Of a DNA stretch of 12,742 bases, positions 7,288 through 12,742 are shown in pieces; position 1 is the stretch's first letter, and each line of letters starts with the position of its first letter. A program made the translations under genes and the position numbers. Under the pieces are notes generated by a model. That model did not search any database. It saw nothing but the letters and a program-made list of their open reading frames with translations, and was not told the origin of the DNA. The stretch is taken from NCBI GenBank assembly GCA_046484135.1, contig JAWOBU010000253.1:1-12742 (forward strand). Reading direction: 5' to 3'. The DNA comes from a bacterium. Lineage in GTDB: Bacteria > RBG-13-61-14 > DATKZS01.

Positions 7288-8292
7288 CTATGGGCCTTGC
7301 CGGTGGAGGCTGAGGAGCGGGTCGAAGAAGTCCATTTCTTTTTCCCGGATGCGGCCTAGAGCTTGGGCCGCCTTTTGAAGCCCGTTGGGTTTTTCCTGTT
7401 CGCTTATCTTTTTCAGGAGCAAGGCGAGTTCGGTCCATTCTCCGGCGATATCTTGCATGGATTTTGCGGGAGCCGTTTTTTTTATTTCCGGGTCCAGCTT
7501 TCCGGCGTTTTCCAGGAAGCGGGAGTAAAGGAGCCGGAAGGCCCCGCCGCCGGTGCCCCTTTTTTCGATCACCTGGTAGAACCACCTGGCGCACCACTGC
7601 CAGTCCGGGGCTTCTTGCCATTGTTTCATGTTTTCCGCGGCCGCCTTCATGCCGGCGAAGTCGAACACCGCGGGCGTCTCCGGGTCCGTGCCCGTCAGGT
7701 CTTTCGCCTGCCGTGCAAGGGCCGCCCTGGCTGCGTCCTTTAAGGGGGGAATCTCCATGGGTCCCTGGACCGGGAAGTGCTCGGCCTGGTTTTTTATGTA
7801 GGCGTTCCCTCCATAGCGGGCTTTTTCAAGGTCGGACCAAGTGACCTCCAGGAGCTCCTCCCACCCGGTGTCAGCAATCAGGACTGCGTTGTCCTGGTAT
7901 CCCCAGGCCACGATCACGTGGGGCGGGAAATGGGTCGAGGTGTTGTAATGAGGAAGGTAAGCGATGTCCGCCCGGAGCAACACGGGCATCTGCCGGTCCA
8001 GGTATTCGACCAGTTTTTTACGGGCCTCATCCGGGTCGGGCTCGGATATCCACTTGAAGGGTTGGCCGATGTTCTGGAAGAACCCGGGTTCCAAAAACCG
8101 GCTTCTGGTTGCTGTCATTCGGGTGGGGCTCATGGAGTCGCTCTGGAAGTAAGCAAACCCCAAGCCCGCGCCCAGGCCGAAGCAGTCGGCTTCATCCAGG
8201 GGATGGCCCATAAAGTTCATAACGTCGGAGAGGGCGGTGGAAGCACAGTGAACCCCCGGGGTATGGCGCCATCCCGGGAGAAGGTATTTCAT
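7288..8292 (-). CDS. BtrH N-terminal domain / DUF4872 protein (papain-like cysteine peptidase fold)
   Basis: Motifs GVHCASTAL (Cys), FGLGAGLGF, DIAYLPHY, HFPPHVIVAWGY (His), IADT (Asp) and C-terminal IEKRGTGGGAFRLLYSRFL. Confidence 0.85.
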   Translation of the reverse strand: MKYLLPGWRHTPGVHCASTALSDVMNFMGHPLDEADCFGLGAGLGFAYFQSDSMSPTRMTATRSRFLEPGFFQNIGQPFKWISEPDPDEARKKLVEYLDRQMPVLLRADIAYLPHYNTSTHFPPHVIVAWGYQDNAVLIADTGWEELLEVTWSDLEKARYGGNAYIKNQAEHFPVQGPMEIPPLKDAARAALARQAKDLTGTDPETPAVFDFAGMKAAAENMKQWQEAPDWQWCARWFYQVIEKRGTGGGAFRLLYSRFLENAGKLDPEIKKTAPAKSMQDIAGEWTELALLLKKISEQEKPNGLQKAAQALGRIREKEMDFFDPLLSLHRQGP

Positions 8293-8317
8293 GACAAAGC
8301 CGGATTTTTGAACGTAG

Positions 8318-9130
8318 TTATTCCCCGGCTTTCTCGAGAATGCCCAGCCGGGTTTCGAGCCTGTCCCTCCGGTTTTTCAAGGTACAGTGATCGCGGTACT
8401 CGGCTTTAACGTCGGCAAGACCGGCCCGCTCCCTCTTGACCTTCTCCAGAAGCTCTTTGGCGTCCTCCTTGAAGAAGCTTAAGAAGACTTCCTGGTACTG
8501 CTCTTCCCTTTTCTGTAAAGGGATGTCGGGGACCTCCACGTCCGGGTTGCAGGTATGGTCGGTTTCCCAGCTTTCCTGGTCAAACACGTAGAAGCCGATG
8601 GTGCATTCCATTCTTTTGCCGGCGTTAAGCTGGGGATAGCTGATGGCGACCGGATAGGGCATCCGGTCCAGGCCGTCAATAAAAGCGCGGGCGTCGTTCA
8701 ATCTTTGAGCGGAAAAGGCGACGTTGACGTTGTAGATAACGGCGTAGCCTTGGGTTTCGGTGTCCCAGTCCCTGTGAGATATGGACACAACATTTATATC
8801 GGTTCTTTGAGCCAATGAGCGGATGTCCTGCTCCACTTTTTCCAGGTCAAACTTTGTCGGTGTTCGCACGGGGTTTCGTTCCAGCCGGCTCTGCAGGCTG
8901 TTAATTTCTTGTTTGATCTTTTGGATTTCGTTCTCAGGAGGAGTCTTAAGTTCGTCCTTGGCAAGCTCTATGTTGTCCAGGTCGGCCTGGAGCTGAATCT
9001 CCAGGTTGCGGGCCCGGGTGTTGTCCAGCAATACCAGGATCACCGCCACTATTATGATGATGCACACCACCAGAAGGGAGATGGTCTTTCCCCAGTTCAC
9101 GTCCTCTAAAAGCTCGTCCCAATCAATCAT
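8318..9130 (-). CDS. Single-pass membrane protein, PilO/GspM-like, with a C-terminal extension
   Basis: ATG at 9130 has a GGGGG SD and is preferred over GTG 9160. Layout is an N-terminal TM helix, a coiled coil, then a ferredoxin-like segment (IRSLAQRTDINVVSI...FIDGLDRMPYPVAI). The family call rests on pattern only. Confidence 0.6.
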   Translation of the reverse strand: MIDWDELLEDVNWGKTISLLVVCIIIIVAVILVLLDNTRARNLEIQLQADLDNIELAKDELKTPPENEIQKIKQEINSLQSRLERNPVRTPTKFDLEKVEQDIRSLAQRTDINVVSISHRDWDTETQGYAVIYNVNVAFSAQRLNDARAFIDGLDRMPYPVAISYPQLNAGKRMECTIGFYVFDQESWETDHTCNPDVEVPDIPLQKREEQYQEVFLSFFKEDAKELLEKVKRERAGLADVKAEYRDHCTLKNRRDRLETRLGILEKAGE

Positions 9131-9180
9131 CTTTAGCCCCCTTGCTGAAAGGTTAAACACTCAAAAAGCTCTGGAACTCC

Positions 9181-9201
9181 GACCTTCCGGGCCGGAAGGT
9201 C
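9181..9201. repeat. Perfect inverted repeat GACCTTCCGG-G-CCGGAAGGTC
   Basis: 10-bp arms read directly from the sequence in the gatB to pilO-like intergenic region. Confidence 0.8.
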
Positions 9202-9277
9202 CGGTGGCCCGTAGCAGGGTTCTCTTAAAAGGCGATGGATATGAATTAACCTTATTCTTTCCTTCCCTCAACATACT

Positions 9278-9306
9278 TTTATAACATCATCCGGCTTCAT
9301 GCACAA
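9278..9306 (-). promoter_or_regulatory. Candidate sigma70 promoter for the PilO-like gene
   Basis: On the minus strand: TTGTGC, 17 nt, then TATAAA preceded by TGn. Confidence 0.4.
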
Positions 9307-9336
9307 ATTAAATCCGTTATAAGCCCGGAAGTCCGA

Positions 9337-10782
9337 CTACGCCTCGTCCAGCTTTTGCTTCAACATCCGGTTGACCACCTGCGGGTCCGCCTTGCCGCCG
9401 GTGGCCTTCATTACCTGGCCTACAAAGAACCCCAGCACCTTCTGTTTTCCTTCCTGGTACTGCTTGACCTGTTTGGGGTTCTCTTCTATCACCTTATCGC
9501 AGATGTTCCCCACTTCTCCTTCGTCCGCCATGGGTTTTAAGCCCTGCTCCTCGATGACCTCGGCCGGCGACTTGCCGGTCTTGTACATCTCGGCGAACAC
9601 CGTCTTGCCGATCTTGCCGGTGATCTCGCCCGAGTCTATCATCCTGACCAGGGCGCCCAGTTTCTCTGCGGAGACGGGACAGTCAACAATAGAGCGGTCG
9701 TCCTCCTTCAGCTCCCGCAATAGCTCGGACATGACCCAGTTGGCCGTCTTCTTGGCGTCCGCTCCCGTTTTAACCGCGGCCTCGTAGTAGTCGGCGAGGT
9801 CTCTCTCCGAGGTCAACACACCCGCGTCATAGTCGGGTATGCCGTAGTCTGACACAAACCGCTTCTGCTTTTCCATGGGCAGCTCGGGCAGGGTCTTTCG
9901 CACCCGTTCCGTCCAGTCGCTGTCAATCACCAGGGGCAGCAGGTCGGGGTCCGGAAAATACCGGTAGTCGTGTGATTCTTCTTTGCCCCGCATGGACACG
10001 GTCTTGCCCTCCCGGTCGTCCCACAGGCGCGTCTCCTGCACCACCTGTTTGCCGGCTTCCAGCACTTTTGCCTGCCGCTTTATCTCGTAGGAAAGCGCAT
10101 GTTCCACGTTCCGGAAAGAGTTCATGTTCTTTATCTCGGTGCGGGTGCCCATGTCGTCTCTGCCCGGCGGTCGCACGCTCACGTTGGCGTCGCAACGCAG
10201 CGACCCCTGCTCCATGTTGCCGTCGCACACCTCCAGGTAGACCAGGACGTTGCGAAGGGCCCGCAGATACGCGCCCGCTTCTTCCGCGGAGCGAAGGTCG
10301 GGCTCGCTCACTATCTCCATCAAGGGGACCCCGCTCCGGTTGAAATCCACGAAGCTCGCAGTGGCCCGGGAAAAAGCGTCCTCCGAGTGGACCAGCTTGC
10401 CAGCGTCCTCCTCCAGGTGAAGACGGGTGATGCCCACCCGCTTGTCTTTGTCTCCCGTCTTGATCTCGATAAAGCCGTGTCGCGCCAGCGGATAAGCGTA
10501 CTGGGATATCTGATAGCCCTTGGGAAGATCAGGATAAAAATAGTTCTTGCGCTCCCAGATGCTCCGCTCCTGGACCTGGAAGTTAAGGGCCACCGCACTC
10601 GTAAGGGCCATCTCCACCACCCGACGATTAAGAACCGGCAATACCCCCGGAAGACCGAGGCAAACCGGGCACACGTGGGTGTTGGGCGGGGCCCCGAACT
10701 CGGTGGAGCACCCGCAGAATATCTTGGACCGCGTAAAAAGCTGGGCGTGAACCTCCAGCCCGATCACTGCTTCGTAGTTCAT
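9337..10782 (-). CDS. gatB: Asp-tRNA(Asn)/Glu-tRNA(Gln) amidotransferase subunit B
   Basis: Motifs [69 protein letters not shown] and [17 protein letters not shown]. Start is ATG 10782 (SD GAGGGAG); the alternative GTG 10794 overlaps the upstream stop. Confidence 0.98.
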   Translation of the reverse strand: MNYEAVIGLEVHAQLFTRSKIFCGCSTEFGAPPNTHVCPVCLGLPGVLPVLNRRVVEMALTSAVALNFQVQERSIWERKNYFYPDLPKGYQISQYAYPLARHGFIEIKTGDKDKRVGITRLHLEEDAGKLVHSEDAFSRATASFVDFNRSGVPLMEIVSEPDLRSAEEAGAYLRALRNVLVYLEVCDGNMEQGSLRCDANVSVRPPGRDDMGTRTEIKNMNSFRNVEHALSYEIKRQAKVLEAGKQVVQETRLWDDREGKTVSMRGKEESHDYRYFPDPDLLPLVIDSDWTERVRKTLPELPMEKQKRFVSDYGIPDYDAGVLTSERDLADYYEAAVKTGADAKKTANWVMSELLRELKEDDRSIVDCPVSAEKLGALVRMIDSGEITGKIGKTVFAEMYKTGKSPAEVIEEQGLKPMADEGEVGNICDKVIEENPKQVKQYQEGKQKVLGFFVGQVMKATGGKADPQVVNRMLKQKLDEA

Positions 10783-10790
10783 GCGCTCCC

Positions 10791-11405
10791 TCACAGCCTT
10801 CTTATAGCTTCATGAAAGTCCTTGAAATTGGGGTCCACATTTCCTAGTTTCCCGATATCAACACGTTCCGCGATCTGATCTCCCAACTCGGCGCCCGCCA
10901 ATGGAGACCTGATCCCGTTTTTCTGTAGAGTCTCGTCCATCTTGTCCTTGTAAAAGGTCTGCTTCCCCTTTTTGTGTACGTAAGGTATTTCTCCGGGCGA
11001 CTCGCTGCCTTCGATTGTTTCCAAGAGCGCCCGGGGGTCGGCCAGGTACCAGCGCTCAATGTAAGGGTCGGGCAGGGCGTAGATAATCCTGTCCTCCGGG
11101 TAGCCCGCCATTTGAGCAGGCTTGCTGAATTTCTTTTTGATCTTCTCCTTGCCCTTGCAATTGCAATCATGGCCCACAACCAAGGCATCGTAGGGCAAAC
11201 TCGCGCCTCGTTCTTTTTTCCATTCTATTAAAAAGTCTTTAAAGCTTTTTATAACTTTGGACCCGCCGCTTTCGCAAAATATGTCCCCCTTCACAACGGT
11301 GCGATCACCGTACTTTTGTTTTAACACCCTTTCCACAAAAACGGTTATAAAGGTCTGATGGGCAAGGTCCTCTAAAAAGTACCCTATTTTTATCTCCGTT
11401 GTCAC
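10791..11405 (-). CDS. DUF4276/RloB-like TOPRIM-fold putative nuclease, partner of the ATPase
   Basis: Acidic motif YFLED near the N-terminus, GG loop (ESGGSK), [11 protein letters not shown] and [13 protein letters not shown] (E-x-W-x-LAD). GTG start overlaps the ATPase stop (GTGA). Confidence 0.7.
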   Translation of the reverse strand: MTTEIKIGYFLEDLAHQTFITVFVERVLKQKYGDRTVVKGDIFCESGGSKVIKSFKDFLIEWKKERGASLPYDALVVGHDCNCKGKEKIKKKFSKPAQMAGYPEDRIIYALPDPYIERWYLADPRALLETIEGSESPGEIPYVHKKGKQTFYKDKMDETLQKNGIRSPLAGAELGDQIAERVDIGKLGNVDPNFKDFHEAIRRL

Positions 11406-12661
11406 CTTGTTCTCACCATTCCGGGGATATCGGACAGTCTTTCTTTGATCAGGCTCTTCCGGAACAACGGCTTTACTTCTCCCAAAGGCTCTATAGCTGT
11501 AACCCCGCCTTCCTTTCTACAGGAGAACAGGTCGTCGTCATCGAAAAGCTCCACGAACTCCGGCGAGTGGGTATTTACGATAACCTGGCACCCCTGGTAG
11601 CGGGCAAGGTTCTTAAAGGTCTCCGCTATAAGATGAAGTCTTTCCGGATGAACCCCGTTCTCCGGCTCCTCGTATCCTATGAGAGCAGGCGGACTGAGGG
11701 AATGGAAGATAGCCAGCATACCCAGTATCTTAAGGGTCCCTTCCGAAATCAGCGATGAAGGGAAATCCCCCTCGCTCTCCTTTATAACCAGCTCTACCAT
11801 GGCGTCTCTCTTGTCAACCTCCACATCGAAATCCTCGATGCCGGGTATAAGCTTTCTCGCAGTCTGCCGGGCGCTTCGGAAATTCTTCTCCGACCTGTTC
11901 TTCAAAGTGTAAAAGAAACCGGCAAGGTCCTCTCCCCTCTCGCCTATGGAGTCCACCGCGCTCTCCGGGACCTTCTCCCGCATGATCTGTCTGGGCTCGA
12001 AGTAATAAAATTTCCACCTGGAAAGCTCTTCCTTTAAAGCCTCTATATGTGGATGATGGGGAGCATAAAGGGAAGTGGACAACACCGAACGATCCAGACC
12101 AACATTTTGAAATATGGGATGAGACTGGCTTTCCTTTCTTATCCTGATTTTGTCCCCCATCTTTTCCATAAAAGGATTTCGAGCTCTTTCCTTGTGGGGA
12201 GACCTCTTGGTCAAAGCGCAGAGCCTTTCATCAGTAACCCGCGTTGCACCGGAAGCCTGGACCTCAAGTTCAAAAGAGTATCGCAGGTTTTTTTCATGTA
12301 TCATGGTTTTCTTGCCGCCCTGCTTTTCATGATCAAGCCCGGATCTCAGCTCGGAAATCCTGTCTTCCACTTGCTTGCAGACGTCATCGTTCAGCTCCAC
12401 GTCAGCTTCGAAGCTCATGTAAGAAGACTTCGATGAAGAACTCAGTTCTTTTCGCCACAAGCTCTCTTTAGCCCGGCCGCGGTGCTTTTTGAACACCTCT
12501 TTCATGTCCTTTTCCGTTCCCACCAGGCTGATAAGCCGCAACGCATCAAGCAGGTTGCTCTTTCCGCTGGTGTTGGGGCCGAAAAGCACCATCAGGGGTT
12601 TCATCTTAAGCTCGAAGTCCTGAAAGGATTTGTACCCGTCAATTTTAATTCTCGTGATCAT
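11402..12661 (-). CDS. ABC-type/AAA_21 (AbiEii-, OLD-, RecF-like) ATPase
   Basis: MITRIKIDGYKSF, Walker A GPNTSGKS, signature-like ISEGT, Walker B/D-loop IGYEEPENGVHP and H-loop NTHSP. ATG 12661 has a GGGGAG SD. The longer 12730 start overlaps gatA. Confidence 0.92.
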   Translation of the reverse strand: MITRIKIDGYKSFQDFELKMKPLMVLFGPNTSGKSNLLDALRLISLVGTEKDMKEVFKKHRGRAKESLWRKELSSSSKSSYMSFEADVELNDDVCKQVEDRISELRSGLDHEKQGGKKTMIHEKNLRYSFELEVQASGATRVTDERLCALTKRSPHKERARNPFMEKMGDKIRIRKESQSHPIFQNVGLDRSVLSTSLYAPHHPHIEALKEELSRWKFYYFEPRQIMREKVPESAVDSIGERGEDLAGFFYTLKNRSEKNFRSARQTARKLIPGIEDFDVEVDKRDAMVELVIKESEGDFPSSLISEGTLKILGMLAIFHSLSPPALIGYEEPENGVHPERLHLIAETFKNLARYQGCQVIVNTHSPEFVELFDDDDLFSCRKEGGVTAIEPLGEVKPLFRKSLIKERLSDIPGMVRTR

Positions 12662-12686
12662 TATGTCTCCCCTGTTGTTTGTTTCC

Positions 12687-12742
12687 TTACAGCTCCGGCC
12701 GCTTTTTGTGCCAGTCGGTGGCCTGCTCATAGGCGTGGGCCA
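12687..12742 (-). CDS. gatA: Asp-tRNA(Asn)/Glu-tRNA(Gln) amidotransferase subunit A, 3' end (partial)
   Basis: Not in the ORF track. The minus strand translates to ...AHAYEQATDWHKKRPEL* (TAA at 12689-12687), the characteristic GatA C-terminus, upstream of gatB. Confidence 0.88.
   Translation of the reverse strand, partial: AHAYEQATDWHKKRPEL

Larger units (their letters stand above)
10791..12686 (-). other. Accessory two-gene islet inserted between gatA and gatB
   Basis: Visibly more AT-rich than flanking gatB, interrupts the gatA-gatB adjacency, and carries no mobility gene. Confidence 0.75.

Noticed and set aside
9131..9336. 6S RNA or c-di-GMP riboswitch
   Set aside because: There is no long closing stem of 6S type and no GEMM consensus. 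It is kept only as an unassigned structure.
10099..10815. 238-aa plus-strand ORF opposite gatB, and similar ORFs such as 7777..8409 and 1112..1648
   Set aside because: They are antisense to conserved genes with no independent evidence.
10791..12661. Naming the cassette as PARIS, Gabija, Septu or retron
   Set aside because: The effector is short and lacks an ATPase-like N-terminal part, and no helicase, HNH or reverse transcriptase gene is present. Only the general architecture is shared.
12662..12730. N-terminal 23-aa extension of the ATPase (ORF-track start 12730)
   Set aside because: It overlaps the gatA 3' end in another frame. ATG 12661 has a good SD and matches the typical family N-terminus.

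Overview
Bacterial chromosomal window, GC-rich, with gene content and order resembling Deltaproteobacteria (Desulfobacterota/Myxococcota-like; this is an inference). Most genes lie on the minus strand. Reading right to left: the 3' end of gatA, an ABC/AAA_21-type ATPase, a DUF4276/TOPRIM-like partner, gatB, an orphan PilO-like membrane protein, a BtrH-like cysteine peptidase, pgpA-cinA, a Cys-less RseC-like protein, smpB and a REC-PilZ response regulator. A geranylgeranyl-reductase-like flavoprotein lies on the plus strand, divergent from a secreted modular protein (YQGRL N-terminal domain, MopE-like motif, two 6-Cys repeats). The main observation is an AT-richer two-gene ATPase + putative nuclease cassette, with defence-system-like architecture, wedged between gatA and gatB. 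It is tightly packed with overlapping stop/start codons and flanked by an 8/9-nt direct repeat. No tRNA, rRNA, tmRNA, CRISPR array or transposase was recognised.
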